This document shows, piece by piece, positions 8,962 through 19,469 of a stretch of 64,000 nucleotides of DNA; the stretch's first letter is position 1; each line of letters begins with the position of its first letter. The position numbers and the translations under genes are program-made. The stretch lies in the IMG/VR virus record IMGVR_UViG_3300011334_000503; one strand, 5' to 3'. This DNA comes from an uncultured virus (IMG/VR IMGVR_UViG_3300011334_000503). Lineage: Duplodnaviria > Heunggongvirae > Uroviricota > Caudoviricetes. The notes under the pieces were generated by a model. It saw nothing but the letters and a program-made list of their open reading frames with translations. It had not been told where the DNA came from and did no database searches.

Positions 8962-10464
8962 TTATTTTACAGTTGTAGCTTTTAAAGATGTCACTGATCC
9001 GCCTTTTTGACTAATTTTTTTCTTGAGATCTTGTATAGCTTTGTTGCCTTGTCCAGCAGGAACAGTATCGAGTACTTCATCTGCGCCTTGAGCTGTTTTT
9101 GCTTTTATAACATCTACAGCTTCTTTTTTCATCTTAAATTTCTCTACAATAGTCTTAAACTTCTTTAGTAAAGTATGAATATCTTCTGGTTTGTATTCTA
9201 GAGTTCCTCCAAAAGTTTTTGCGTATGGATTTTTACCTGAGCTTTGATCTTTGTCCCAATTTGCCCACATTTGATCTCTTTCTGCTTTATCGGCATCCAT
9301 TTGAGCTTGGTTGTGCTTCTCTTTAGCAGCGTCTAATACGTTAAGCGTGTAATCTTTTTGATTTCCGTCTTCTAATTCAACTGTTACGATAGATCCTTTT
9401 CTTTCTATTACGATTCCTGTTCCGTCTGGGGTCATGCATTCGTGACCTTTATAGAAATCCGTCCTTTCTTGAGGAGTTGCTCCGCCGATGCCACCACCGG
9501 TTCCGCCATCGTTCTCTTTTATACTATCTTTTTTTTTAAAAAAGTTTAGCATTTCATTGATCATGGTCTCTTTTGTTTCGGACTTCATTACATCCTTAAC
9601 TCCAGTAGGCTTTTTCTTACTACCTTTCATCTCTTTAACGCCCTTTGGCTTTCCTTTTCTGTTTTCTGTCTTAGGAGTAGAGGTATTTTTCTTTTCGTCA
9701 GCGTGACCCTTGATCTTTTTCATCTCATTGTCTTTGTCAACGAAATTATCGCCTTTAACCGGCTTCATTGAGAGTCTCTTATCGTCTTTTTCGATCTGTT
9801 TAGCGTTAGCTAGCTGAGTGTATCTATAAGCCAAAGGATCTTTTGCCATTTTCTTAGCAACTTTCTCTCTAACTTTCTCGTAAGATATGTTATCAAGCAC
9901 TTTAAGCTTAGCCATTTCGTATTCTACGCCTCTTTTGAATTCGTAAACGTTTAATCTGTCTATGATTTGAGCAGTAGTAAGATCGTGAGCTTCGTTTAGT
10001 GAATTTTCTTTATATATAATGTCGTCTAAATCTCCAACAAAAGCAACTGCGGCATATTTTGGTTTAAACATTCCATAAAGATCGACTATGTCGACGTGAT
10101 CCATAGCTCTAGAAGCCTTTTCGTGTTCTTCTGGAGATAATGACATTGCTGATAACTCATCTTCAAACATATTCATCCACGCGTCTTTATCTTCTTCTGA
10201 ACTATCTTTTGTTACTTCGTTTATTTCAGCATTGCTGTCGTAAGCTGCTCCTTCGTGATCAGGAGGTGCTTGACCATGTTGCATCATGGCCATAGTATAG
10301 CCTTCGCTAATCACTCCTTTGTTTTTTAGTATTTTAACTGCATCTTCGTAAGAAGTCAAGTTGCTTATCCAAGGAAGACTGTCATCTTTCCTAGCTTCGT
10401 AAAGAAAGGATTGCTTTGAAACTTTTCCGTTCTTATGGTTCTCGTATAATTTAGCTATTGTCAT
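8962..10464 (-). CDS. Hypothetical head-associated protein
   Basis: Long ORF between portal and protease; several L/I-x-E sites. Confidence 0.6.
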   Translation of the reverse strand: MTIAKLYENHKNGKVSKQSFLYEARKDDSLPWISNLTSYEDAVKILKNKGVISEGYTMAMMQHGQAPPDHEGAAYDSNAEINEVTKDSSEEDKDAWMNMFEDELSAMSLSPEEHEKASRAMDHVDIVDLYGMFKPKYAAVAFVGDLDDIIYKENSLNEAHDLTTAQIIDRLNVYEFKRGVEYEMAKLKVLDNISYEKVREKVAKKMAKDPLAYRYTQLANAKQIEKDDKRLSMKPVKGDNFVDKDNEMKKIKGHADEKKNTSTPKTENRKGKPKGVKEMKGSKKKPTGVKDVMKSETKETMINEMLNFFKKKDSIKENDGGTGGGIGGATPQERTDFYKGHECMTPDGTGIVIERKGSIVTVELEDGNQKDYTLNVLDAAKEKHNQAQMDADKAERDQMWANWDKDQSSGKNPYAKTFGGTLEYKPEDIHTLLKKFKTIVEKFKMKKEAVDVIKAKTAQGADEVLDTVPAGQGNKAIQDLKKKISQKGGSVTSLKATTVK

Positions 10465-10476
10465 GCTAATAAATAT

Positions 10477-10605
10477 TTATCTTCCTTGTCCACGATAAGT
10501 CCTTTCAGATCTATCGTGTTTATTGAAGCTTTTTTGTGATTTTCCTTTTTTTCTTTTACCAAAACTTATTTTCGTTGCGTTACTTGAACCTTTTGCCTTT
10601 GCCAT
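10477..10605 (-). CDS. Small very basic 42-aa protein (not in ORF track)
   Basis: Hand translation MAKAKGSSNATKISFGKRKKGKSQKSFNKHDRSERTYRGQGR; fills the gap between flanking genes. Confidence 0.7.
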   Translation of the reverse strand: MAKAKGSSNATKISFGKRKKGKSQKSFNKHDRSERTYRGQGR

Positions 10606-10617
10606 GACTATTTAAGT

Positions 10618-11709
10618 TTATAAAGATTTCATTTTTTTGTATGCTTCTGCTATACTTTTCTTCATACTTTCCATTGCTTTAGAAGATGAAGAGTATTCTG
10701 TCTCGTTAAGATCTGATTTTAGATTTGAAGCGTACTCTAAAATGTGATTTATCTCTTTTAGTTTTTTGTTAGCAAGCTTAGTAGCCTCTTGAAACTGTTG
10801 TTTTTTGCTTCTAACTTTGATTTCGGTCTTAAGTCCCTCTTTTATTGGTTCTTTTTCCATTTCTTTCTTTTCTTTCTCTTTTTCTTTTTTTTCTCTCTTT
10901 TTTATCTCACTACCTTGCAATCTTAATTGATCGTGAGGTATCATCATCTGCCTTTCGTAAGTAGAACCTCCGCCTTTAGTTACATTAACAGCTACTAAGT
11001 CATCATCAAAAGAAATGACTGTACCGTAGCTTTTATCAGGCCATTTTCCTACTATTTCGACTTTATCTCCAATTTTGAATTCGCCTTGTTTAGTTTCTTC
11101 TCTTTCGTTTATTCCAGCTGCTGCGGCAAATTCATCATAATCGTGAGGATAAGGTTCGCTCATCCATCCTAAAAACCTTCTATAAAGATCAGGAGCTTTG
11201 TCTTTTACATATGTCAATAGCTTTTCTACTTTATCTTTGTCTTTTGTAGATATTAATTCATTAAATTGATCTTCGTTTAGGTTCCAAAGATCTTTATATT
11301 GGAATCCGCCTTTGTCTTTTGTGTGTCCAGCTCTGAATCCTTTTACTTCTTTATATCCTGAATTAGAATCTTCGCTAACTTCTTTGGTATATCCGTACTT
11401 ATATTTCTTAGCTGGAACGTCAAGACCTGGAAGATAGGCTTCGCCTCCTCCAGTAACTGACATCTCTTCCATTTCTCCGACTATTTTTACATCTTCAGCC
11501 ATATCAAAGTGATTGCTAAATACAAAATCTTGAAAGTCTTCAAAATCTTCTATACTTAGCGAGTAATACTGACCTTCAAAATCAATTATGTCTGCAAACT
11601 TGTCATTAAACATATCATCTAACTTCTGATCTGTGATAGCGAAAACCACCTGATCGATGGTTTCGTTCTCTGACATTAATCTTTTGAAGTGAGACTGCAT
11701 GCTACTCAT
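10618..11709 (-). CDS. Hypothetical head-associated protein
   Basis: ORF track; multiple L/I-x-E sites. Confidence 0.6.
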   Translation of the reverse strand: MSSMQSHFKRLMSENETIDQVVFAITDQKLDDMFNDKFADIIDFEGQYYSLSIEDFEDFQDFVFSNHFDMAEDVKIVGEMEEMSVTGGGEAYLPGLDVPAKKYKYGYTKEVSEDSNSGYKEVKGFRAGHTKDKGGFQYKDLWNLNEDQFNELISTKDKDKVEKLLTYVKDKAPDLYRRFLGWMSEPYPHDYDEFAAAAGINEREETKQGEFKIGDKVEIVGKWPDKSYGTVISFDDDLVAVNVTKGGGSTYERQMMIPHDQLRLQGSEIKKREKKEKEKEKKEMEKEPIKEGLKTEIKVRSKKQQFQEATKLANKKLKEINHILEYASNLKSDLNETEYSSSSKAMESMKKSIAEAYKKMKSL

Positions 11710-12559
11710 TCGTTTCTACGTTTTTAATTTCGTTGATCAAATCGTAGTACTGAAGCAGTGTTGATACAGTTTCGTCCTTTATAGTTTCGTTCTCGTGTAT
11801 AGGTTTGATGAATTTTACTACTTCTTTTAGCTTTATAGAAGTAACTTGATCTTTTACAGAATTAGACATCTCTACTAAAGTAGATTTAATCTCTGTAAGT
11901 CTCTTATTAAGATACACTTTTAGATTCTTTGTATCGGATATGTTGTTTATATACTCTTTAAGCACATCCTTTTGATCTTGAGAAAGTCCAACGTATTTTT
12001 TATTGAACTTTTCTACTAGTATTTTGTAAGCAAGAAGCCTAATTTCTTTGTCTTGCTTCATAAACTCTTCTAGAATTTGTGTAGAAGCTGGTTTTTCTTT
12101 AACTTCTTCTCCGCAAATGTGTTCAAGCATTGTTATCTTACTGCTAAGAACTTGATTAACGTTAGTCTTATTATTTTGAGATTCTAAAACGATGTATATA
12201 GACGCGTAAGACTTATAATTGTCAATTTTAGCCTTAAAAAAATTGTCTAGATCGTAATTGTTTTTGATCTCTCTAATCAAATTGTACTTTTCTTTCTTTA
12301 ACTTCTCGTAGTCTAGTTTTTTGTATTGTTCTACGATTGTATTTATGAAAAGTTCTGCTTTTGATTCGTTAAGCTTCTCTGTGTTTATAAAAGAGTTATA
12401 CAAACTGTATTCTCTAGATAATTCAGTTTCAGTAAAGTACTTTTTAAGTATTTTTACAGCTTTAGAGTCCTTATTTTGCAAAAGATCAGCAGTCGTTTGT
12501 CTCACGAGAAGCTCGAAAAGTACGCCTGGGTTTCTAAATTTAGAGTGTTTTAGTGCCAT
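11702..12559 (-). CDS. Hypothetical protein downstream of portal (head assembly region)
   Basis: ORF track; helical; ATATTTAT motif upstream. Confidence 0.65.
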   Translation of the reverse strand: MALKHSKFRNPGVLFELLVRQTTADLLQNKDSKAVKILKKYFTETELSREYSLYNSFINTEKLNESKAELFINTIVEQYKKLDYEKLKKEKYNLIREIKNNYDLDNFFKAKIDNYKSYASIYIVLESQNNKTNVNQVLSSKITMLEHICGEEVKEKPASTQILEEFMKQDKEIRLLAYKILVEKFNKKYVGLSQDQKDVLKEYINNISDTKNLKVYLNKRLTEIKSTLVEMSNSVKDQVTSIKLKEVVKFIKPIHENETIKDETVSTLLQYYDLINEIKNVETNE

Positions 12560-12597
12560 GTTGGATATAAAAATTCCTGTTTATAAATATATAAGGC

Positions 12598-14511
12598 CTA
12601 GTCTAAATTATCGATGATATTATCTTCGTTTAAAACGTCTGGTTGTTCGTATAATTTTACTTTTCTTTTAGCAAATAGTTTCTCTAATGCTACTTTGTTT
12701 TGTAAGTAAACTCCAAGCGTGCTTTCGTTAGTAACTCCCAAAGAAAGATTCATTGAGTCTTCTCCCTTTTCTTCTTTTGACTTCATTCCTTTTTTACCTA
12801 TAGCGTCTCTTCCAAATGATGAATCGTCTGTTCCTATTATTGATTTGTACTTTTGAGGACGACCTGGTACTTTTTTAGGCTCGTTAGGATTCAATTCGTT
12901 GTATCCTGTTGGAACTTCTAAGTTCATGTCTCCCTTGCCGCCGTAAAGACTAGCCAATTGGTGAGGAGTACCGTATGCTTGACCTGAATCTGATGGATCG
13001 TTTCCTTCTTCTTCAATTTGTTTAAATCTAAATGCTCTCTTTTTGTCTTCTATGATCTGGTCCTCTAGTTCAGTGTACTGATCTTCGGAGAAGTGGAATA
13101 TTTTATCATAAATAAAGTCCCTAGGTAGTAGAGAAGATTCCATTGCTTGATTTGCAAGATCGACTTTCTCTTTGAATAGGGCTACCCTTTCTTGATCGTA
13201 GATAATTGAAGGATTAGTAAGAGATATTGTAAAGTTTGCGGCTGATTCATTTGTGTATCCGTTTGCGTATAGATGAACAAGACCAATCTTTGTAAGCTCT
13301 GATATGGCGATCTTTTGAATCCTCTCAACCGTTCTAGCAAAACGAATGTCTTCGGCCGCTAGTGTAGCTTTACCAGTCAAGTCTTTCTCATATCCCATGA
13401 AAGCTTTAGGTATCTTAAGAGCAGCAAAAAGTTTCTCTCTAAAGTATGCTACGTCTTCGATTCCGTTATACTCAAGACCTTTTGCTGTGTCGATTCTTGT
13501 AGTCTGATCGTTGCCTCGAACAGGAATAAAGAAGTCCTCTAGTAAGTTTTGTTGGTTATACTTCAAATTGTACTGACCTGTGTTTGGATCGATAAGAGGA
13601 GTTTTTTTCATCTTATTGATCATTCTTTGCATGTAGTTTTCTACTTCTGTTGGAGGTATCGCTCCTACGTTTACATAGAATATCCTACGCTCTGGAGCTC
13701 TTACAATCCTGTGAATCAACATAGCGTCTTCTATAAGCACATACTGCTTAAATAGCTTGCGCGCTGGCTCTAGATAAGATCTACCATAGGGTAGATAGTT
13801 AACGTCACCAGTAAGCCTGAAATGAGCCATTTCGTAGTTATCAAAATATATGCCTGAGTCGTTATCGTTAAATGTGTTTGAGTATCCAGCAGTATTTGTT
13901 AATGCTGCGTTTGGATCGTATTTAAACCTAACTTCGCTTGGGTTTTTAGGATTATAACCTTCTTCTCTAACGATATTATAAGATGAGAATGGAATTACGT
14001 TGTAAACTCCGTAACCATCAGCAATTTCCATCTTAACAAAGAAATCACCGTACTTACACATGTTTCTAATCCAAGACCAGAGATTAAATTCTACGTTAAG
14101 GATCGAATAGTACAGGTTATAAAGAAGCTTTTGGATGTTTTCGTCAGAAGACCTAATCTGCAATACTTCACCTTGTTCGTTCTTTAGAGTAGCTTCATCA
14201 GCAATGATATCGAGCGCAGACGCTACGATTGCATCAGTATCCATAGAATCGTAATCAGCATAAATTTGAACCCTTGCAGAGCGATAGTTCTGTGCTAGAT
14301 TCAAGTTAACACCGTAAGCGGTAGAAGTAGTGTATACTTTGTTAAACCTATCGATAAGAGAGTTAGTCTGAATGACACCTGAAGTTTGTATCTTGTCAGT
14401 ATCAATGACTTTTAGCATACCACCTCCCTCGTTACGTATAATCACGTCCGTGGAAAACAGTCGTCTTAGCGCTGTAAATAAATTCTCTGGTGGTCTTTGT
14501 TGTTCTGCCAT
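12598..14511 (-). CDS. Portal protein (T4 gp20-like)
   Basis: EDAMLIHRIVRAPERRIFY, EDFFIP.R, YF..KLFAALKIPKA. Confidence 0.95.
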   Translation of the reverse strand: MAEQQRPPENLFTALRRLFSTDVIIRNEGGGMLKVIDTDKIQTSGVIQTNSLIDRFNKVYTTSTAYGVNLNLAQNYRSARVQIYADYDSMDTDAIVASALDIIADEATLKNEQGEVLQIRSSDENIQKLLYNLYYSILNVEFNLWSWIRNMCKYGDFFVKMEIADGYGVYNVIPFSSYNIVREEGYNPKNPSEVRFKYDPNAALTNTAGYSNTFNDNDSGIYFDNYEMAHFRLTGDVNYLPYGRSYLEPARKLFKQYVLIEDAMLIHRIVRAPERRIFYVNVGAIPPTEVENYMQRMINKMKKTPLIDPNTGQYNLKYNQQNLLEDFFIPVRGNDQTTRIDTAKGLEYNGIEDVAYFREKLFAALKIPKAFMGYEKDLTGKATLAAEDIRFARTVERIQKIAISELTKIGLVHLYANGYTNESAANFTISLTNPSIIYDQERVALFKEKVDLANQAMESSLLPRDFIYDKIFHFSEDQYTELEDQIIEDKKRAFRFKQIEEEGNDPSDSGQAYGTPHQLASLYGGKGDMNLEVPTGYNELNPNEPKKVPGRPQKYKSIIGTDDSSFGRDAIGKKGMKSKEEKGEDSMNLSLGVTNESTLGVYLQNKVALEKLFAKRKVKLYEQPDVLNEDNIIDNLD

Positions 14512-14533
14512 TTGTATTAATAATTATGTGAGT

Positions 14534-16132
14534 TTACAATAACCATCGCAAATCTTGAGTCTCCTGACCATTTGGTCCAGGGATATTCATCTGCCATGGA
14601 TTACTATTGAGTGCACTGTTAGCGTTATATAAATCGAATCCTGAATCTGTCTTCGTAAAGTTGTTTAAGCTGTTTCTTAGCAAGCTATCTGCTTCTGTTT
14701 TGTATCTTAAAGACGTGTCTCTAAGGTACATTCCTATTGCAAAAGACATCACTAAGTCGTCATTATATCCATTCATTGCCGCTCCTGAATCGTTTTTCCA
14801 TATAAATACCCTAAGCTCTTCTATTAGTCTTAGTGACTTTATAGTTACGAATTTGTTTTCTACTAAATCACGCATTTTTGCTATTACTAGAGGCTTTGTT
14901 CTGCTTGTTGTAGAGAATCCTGGGACTAGCGCCGAGTTAGAAGCTTGATACTTATCAAGATATTTTTGAAAGTCCATTCCTATTTCCGTTCTATAGCTGT
15001 AGTGAACATTTTGATATCCGCTTTCTACTACTGATTGAACTACATCCCAACCTATACTTGCGTTTTCTACTACAAGCAATGCGTTGTTGTATTCCATTGC
15101 TGCAGAAAGTAAGATTTGCGCGTATTCTCTTGTGCCTGGTTGAGATTTGTACTCTGCCACTTGAGTGATAGTTTCCATTTCAAAGACTTGGAAAGCTGAA
15201 AAGTCAGCTCCGTCTCCTCTTGCTACGTCAGCAACGATGGTATAGAATTTTCGAGGATCGGGATATTCCCAAATCCAATATCCTTTATCTAGACCACGTC
15301 TTTCAATTGGTTCTTGTAAAGTATTTTCTTCGTACCAGTTTAAAACATCTGGAGGAATTACTGTATTACCAGAAGTTACAAAGTCACAATCACACTCTTG
15401 AGCTGCGCTTCTTACTCCAAGATCTTTGTCTTGTTGGTCTCTCCAAGTTTGATTTCTTTCAGGATGAACTGTCCAAGGTAAAGATATAGGTAAAAAGCTA
15501 TTCTCTTTCTTTTGAGCTTTAGTGTAAGTTTGATGGAACCAATTACCCACACCGTTAGGAGTAGATAATGCTATAGCTCCACCACCGGTAGCCAATGTTT
15601 GTTGAGCAGAAGTAAAGATCTCTTCGATCCTATCGATAAACGCGGCTTCGTCAATTACTAGCAAGGTTACGGCTTCAGAACGAGCTGCGTCTCCGGCTGC
15701 AGAAACAGCTTTAATCTGTGATCCGTTATTTAGTCTTAGACTTAATCTATTGTCTTCAGAAGCTGGTATTTTAAGCCACGAGGGCAGATTCTGGTAAGCA
15801 AATCTAACTTTAGTTACCATGTTCTTTGCAGTAGACTGAGTAGTCGCAATTACAAGAACGTTCTTATCCCTTTGAAACAACATTAGCCACAGGGAATATG
15901 CGGATACAAGGGTTGATATACCTAATTGCCTTGATTTGTTTATGACAGAGAACTTATTTGCTTGAAACAATCTAAGTACTTTCTCTTGAAAAGGATATAG
16001 ATTGAAGAGCATCCGTCCTCTTTGTGGATGTTGGATCATGTAATATTTCTTCATGAAATAAACAGGATCCGTAGCACACTTTACGAACTCTTCCTTTACT
16101 TTATCTTTTATAGAAATTTGTTGATCAGACAT
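14534..16132 (-). CDS. Terminase large subunit (T4 gp17-like)
   Basis: KSRQLGIST, IDEAAFI, STPNG, ADVARGDG.D, NDDLVM. Confidence 0.96.
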   Translation of the reverse strand: MSDQQISIKDKVKEEFVKCATDPVYFMKKYYMIQHPQRGRMLFNLYPFQEKVLRLFQANKFSVINKSRQLGISTLVSAYSLWLMLFQRDKNVLVIATTQSTAKNMVTKVRFAYQNLPSWLKIPASEDNRLSLRLNNGSQIKAVSAAGDAARSEAVTLLVIDEAAFIDRIEEIFTSAQQTLATGGGAIALSTPNGVGNWFHQTYTKAQKKENSFLPISLPWTVHPERNQTWRDQQDKDLGVRSAAQECDCDFVTSGNTVIPPDVLNWYEENTLQEPIERRGLDKGYWIWEYPDPRKFYTIVADVARGDGADFSAFQVFEMETITQVAEYKSQPGTREYAQILLSAAMEYNNALLVVENASIGWDVVQSVVESGYQNVHYSYRTEIGMDFQKYLDKYQASNSALVPGFSTTSRTKPLVIAKMRDLVENKFVTIKSLRLIEELRVFIWKNDSGAAMNGYNDDLVMSFAIGMYLRDTSLRYKTEADSLLRNSLNNFTKTDSGFDLYNANSALNSNPWQMNIPGPNGQETQDLRWLL

Positions 16133-16542
16133 TACTTGGTTAGGTATAGGTATCCAAGTCCACCAACGATTGCGTAAGACAATATTTGCGTGAACCTGTA
16201 TTTTACTTTTAGTTTTCTGTGTTGTTTGTAAAGATCAGAATATTGTTTCTGCCAACCTTCTACTTTAGCTGTTTCATTATTAACTTGACTAAGATAGTTA
16301 AGCTCTTTACGTTTATACGTACTTATAATGCTGTCTTTAGCCACTACTTTTTTTTCTACAAGAATTAATTCGTCTTCTTTTACTTTTAGCAACGCAAGAG
16401 CTGAATCTCCTTTGACGAGATCTTTAACAATCATTTTTGCTATTGGGTAGCTTAGTTGTAACTTACTAGTATCCGTAACGCTTTGAGAAAAAACTGTCGA
16501 GCTGAGTAGGAGTATAGCTATCAGCAGCTTTACTTTGTTCAT
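16132..16542 (-). CDS. Spanin-like/lysis accessory protein with signal peptide and C-terminal TM helix
   Basis: Signal peptide MNKVKLLIAILLLSSTVFS-Q, coiled coil, hydrophobic C-terminus; overlaps upstream gene. Confidence 0.45.
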   Translation of the reverse strand: MNKVKLLIAILLLSSTVFSQSVTDTSKLQLSYPIAKMIVKDLVKGDSALALLKVKEDELILVEKKVVAKDSIISTYKRKELNYLSQVNNETAKVEGWQKQYSDLYKQHRKLKVKYRFTQILSYAIVGGLGYLYLTK

Positions 16543-16837
16543 GATAATATTCTTTTATTATTGTAGTTTTTTCTTTTACATTATCTATCTGATAGTCTAA
16601 CTCTTTAATCTTTTCTTCTTCCGAGTATATAACACTATCGTAAGACTTTTGTTGTTTTTGAAGAGCTACCGTTACTTTTTGTAAGCTATCTAATTGAGCT
16701 TTAAAATCGCTAGAGATCTCTCTTTTAGTAGTTAGTAATTGAATCGATAGATACAATATAACTATTACTACTGCAATATACTGCATAATTTTAATAATAG
16801 GCATCCAATTCTTTATGGTAGCTAAAACTTTATTCAT
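16466..16837 (-). CDS. i-spanin-like membrane protein
   Basis: N-terminal TM helix then coiled coil; near endolysin. Confidence 0.5.
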   Translation of the reverse strand: MNKVLATIKNWMPIIKIMQYIAVVIVILYLSIQLLTTKREISSDFKAQLDSLQKVTVALQKQQKSYDSVIYSEEEKIKELDYQIDNVKEKTTIIKEYYHEQSKAADSYTPTQLDSFFSKRYGY

Positions 16838-16846
16838 TTTTTGTTT

Positions 16847-18811
16847 TTAAGATGCTTTAACAAACACCGAAGATACATTAGTTTCTGACTTGGCGTGACT
16901 TATTAGATTTCTTACAAACTTGTCTCTTTGCTCTTCTGTCATAAGACTTAGTTGGTATAGCAATTCTATATTCATGTAGTTGCTAGTTCTGTTAGCTAAA
17001 GGTGCCGCTAAAAAGGATTTGGTAAATTCATCCTCTTTCATTTTGCTTTTTAGTAAAGAGATCTTTTTATATTTGTTATATAGATTTTTTACTACTGTTT
17101 CGTCTGCGTCTTTACATGCAGCTAATACTTCTGTTTGTTCTGGTAAGAATTCTAAGTTACTTCCAGCTTGTACTAGCGCTCTATTTACAGATCTACCTCC
17201 TATTTTACCTCCTGCAGCCTCTTTAGCTTTTATTTCACCTTGCCAACTTGTTACGTTTGAGAAGTTTCTAAACTGTACTTTACCGCCGGTGTAATTAATA
17301 TATACATCTAAAGACTTAAAGAAATTTGTGTCTTTTGGTCCTAAACCTTCGAACTTTTCTGGTCTCTCTACTTGCTTAAGATTATACACTTCTATATTAC
17401 ACTCTCCTGTACACTTTTTAAGAGACACTCCTATAAGCTGTTTCGATTTAAACTTAGAGATCATCCACTTATTTAACTTTTGAATTTCAGTATTTACTGG
17501 TATTTCGTCGATAGCTAAATCGTTAGTCGCCATCCAAATGTCTGCAGGATTCCACTTATTAACGTTTATAGCGCCTTGCACGTACTTTAAACAAGACTTA
17601 GCGGCTCTATCAACATCTGTAGCGATACCAGCACCTCTATAAAATTTAAAGTTGCCTGGATACTTCACGGCTAATCCGTTTGCAGTGCTTATAAGAGACT
17701 TTCTCCAAGAAGGATCATTTTTTATAAAAGATACCATCTCTTCTAGAGAAGATGTAGTGTCTATTCTCTTGGTAGCCTTAGCGTAATTTTTATCGTTTAA
17801 ATCTTTTTCAGATATTTCTGATCCTTTATTATATCTAACTGCGTTAACTAAACACTGAGCCGACTCTTGAAGAGCTGTTTTTGCAGCTCCTCCTCCAGAT
17901 CCTGAACTGCTTTCTCCGTAGTGTCCGGTTACTGACTTCTTTGCTAAACTAACGTATTTTTTCGTGGATACTAGTTTACCTTCATCATTAACTGTCATTA
18001 CTTCGAAGTGATAAGGTCCTTTTGGATCTGAATATGCATCTTTTTTGCCACTTGGTATATCACTTATATTTTTGTAGACTATAGCACCCGATAGTTTTAG
18101 TACAGATTTTACCTTTTCGTCTGTTTCAGGCTTCGCAGTATAATAAGGATTTGGTCCTTTTTTAGTTGTGTAATCCGGGGTTATTGTCAATTCTGTAACT
18201 ATTGATTTTGTTAATAGACCTTCTAAAATTCTTTTGTTTTCTGCCAACTCTTCTTCACCTCCTGCTTCTGCACCAGCTGTTACTTCTTCTTCACCTCCGG
18301 ATGGTAATCCTCCAGTCGCTCCACCTTTTTCTGCCCAATCTCCTTCCATTCCAGTATTTTCTGAATCTCTTGTTCCTTCTTCTGCTCCTTCTGCTCCTTT
18401 GGTTTTCAAAGGAGTTCCGAATCTAAGAAGTCTTGCGATCGCCATCATGCACCTTTCTTTCTCACCGATTCCTGCTAAATAATACCTTTTTCCACTTATG
18501 ATTGCTTCGTAAATGTTCTCTTTCATATAGGTCATGAAAAAGCTTTGTCCATTGTGCAACTGAATCTTGAAGGTAGTTGGCTTTGGCGCTATGTAGAATA
18601 TTGCGTCAACAAATTCTCTGAAATCTTTAGTCATGAGCTCAGTCATGATTTCATTCAAAGTACTGTACTTTTTTAGTATGAATCCCATAGGATCCTTTTC
18701 AAAAGCAGCATTCTTGGGTTTTTCCTTAACTTGTGTAGTCTCCGAATCCACAGTAACTGTTTCTTCGTCTGCTTCTAAGATCATCCTTTTTAAAATTTCT
18801 AAGTCTTTCAT
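16847..18811 (-). CDS. Two-domain protein with C-terminal PD-(D/E)xK-like nuclease domain
   Basis: QES...KWNPADIW...IGVSLKK; acidic Gly/Glu linker; N-terminal MILEA. Confidence 0.5.
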   Translation of the reverse strand: MKDLEILKRMILEADEETVTVDSETTQVKEKPKNAAFEKDPMGFILKKYSTLNEIMTELMTKDFREFVDAIFYIAPKPTTFKIQLHNGQSFFMTYMKENIYEAIISGKRYYLAGIGEKERCMMAIARLLRFGTPLKTKGAEGAEEGTRDSENTGMEGDWAEKGGATGGLPSGGEEEVTAGAEAGGEEELAENKRILEGLLTKSIVTELTITPDYTTKKGPNPYYTAKPETDEKVKSVLKLSGAIVYKNISDIPSGKKDAYSDPKGPYHFEVMTVNDEGKLVSTKKYVSLAKKSVTGHYGESSSGSGGGAAKTALQESAQCLVNAVRYNKGSEISEKDLNDKNYAKATKRIDTTSSLEEMVSFIKNDPSWRKSLISTANGLAVKYPGNFKFYRGAGIATDVDRAAKSCLKYVQGAINVNKWNPADIWMATNDLAIDEIPVNTEIQKLNKWMISKFKSKQLIGVSLKKCTGECNIEVYNLKQVERPEKFEGLGPKDTNFFKSLDVYINYTGGKVQFRNFSNVTSWQGEIKAKEAAGGKIGGRSVNRALVQAGSNLEFLPEQTEVLAACKDADETVVKNLYNKYKKISLLKSKMKEDEFTKSFLAAPLANRTSNYMNIELLYQLSLMTEEQRDKFVRNLISHAKSETNVSSVFVKAS

Positions 18812-18869
18812 CTTTTTTTATGCGAATCTACACATTTATCAGTAAGGTAAAAAAATATATCTTTGTGGT

Positions 18870-19469
18870 CTAGGCTAGCAAAGTATAGTACTCTTTGAAA
18901 TGCTTTATCCTGTCTGGCAATCCTATGGTTCCGCCGTTAACTCTTTTTGTAACTTCTGTCACTATAGCATCTGTTGCTCCTTTATCCGCGATCTTGTGTA
19001 GTCCGTTCTTGTGAAAAAACCAAGCTGCAGAAAGCAATGGGTATTGCGTAGCTACTAAGTCCGGATTGTCTGTGATATTTTCAGCAACAACCAAGTCAAA
19101 GGCTTTATAGTTATCTTTACCAGTAAGCTGAATGTAACCACGACCGCGATACTTGTAGCCTTCACCAGTGGCCTCAGGACCGTTGCCCATACGACCTCCG
19201 TAAACGAGATTAGCGATCTTTTCTGGTTTTCTTTCATACAAAGCTGCTTTTTCTGGCGTAGGAAAATACTTTTTAAATATACCCAATAAACCTTTAGCTC
19301 CATAGTTTAAGTTCTCATTGACTGCTTTAAATCCTCCGGATTCGTGGCCGGCTTGAGCCAAGAAATGAGCTAATCTTAGTGGAGTGTTTAGTTCAAACTT
19401 TGCAATTGTGTCTGGAAGCTGAGCTATTACAGCATCAGGAATGTGTCCTTTTAGTTTATTTATGTCCAT
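18870..19469 (-). CDS. GH19 chitinase-like endolysin
   Basis: AHFLAQAGHESGGF, ENLNY, YRGRGYIQLTGKDNY, VTKRVNGG. Confidence 0.93.
   Translation of the reverse strand: MDINKLKGHIPDAVIAQLPDTIAKFELNTPLRLAHFLAQAGHESGGFKAVNENLNYGAKGLLGIFKKYFPTPEKAALYERKPEKIANLVYGGRMGNGPEATGEGYKYRGRGYIQLTGKDNYKAFDLVVAENITDNPDLVATQYPLLSAAWFFHKNGLHKIADKGATDAIVTEVTKRVNGGTIGLPDRIKHFKEYYTLLA

Noticed and set aside
14534..16132. Intein or intron in terminase, portal, primase or capsid genes
   Set aside because: Lengths are ordinary and no intein terminal motifs or frame breaks were seen
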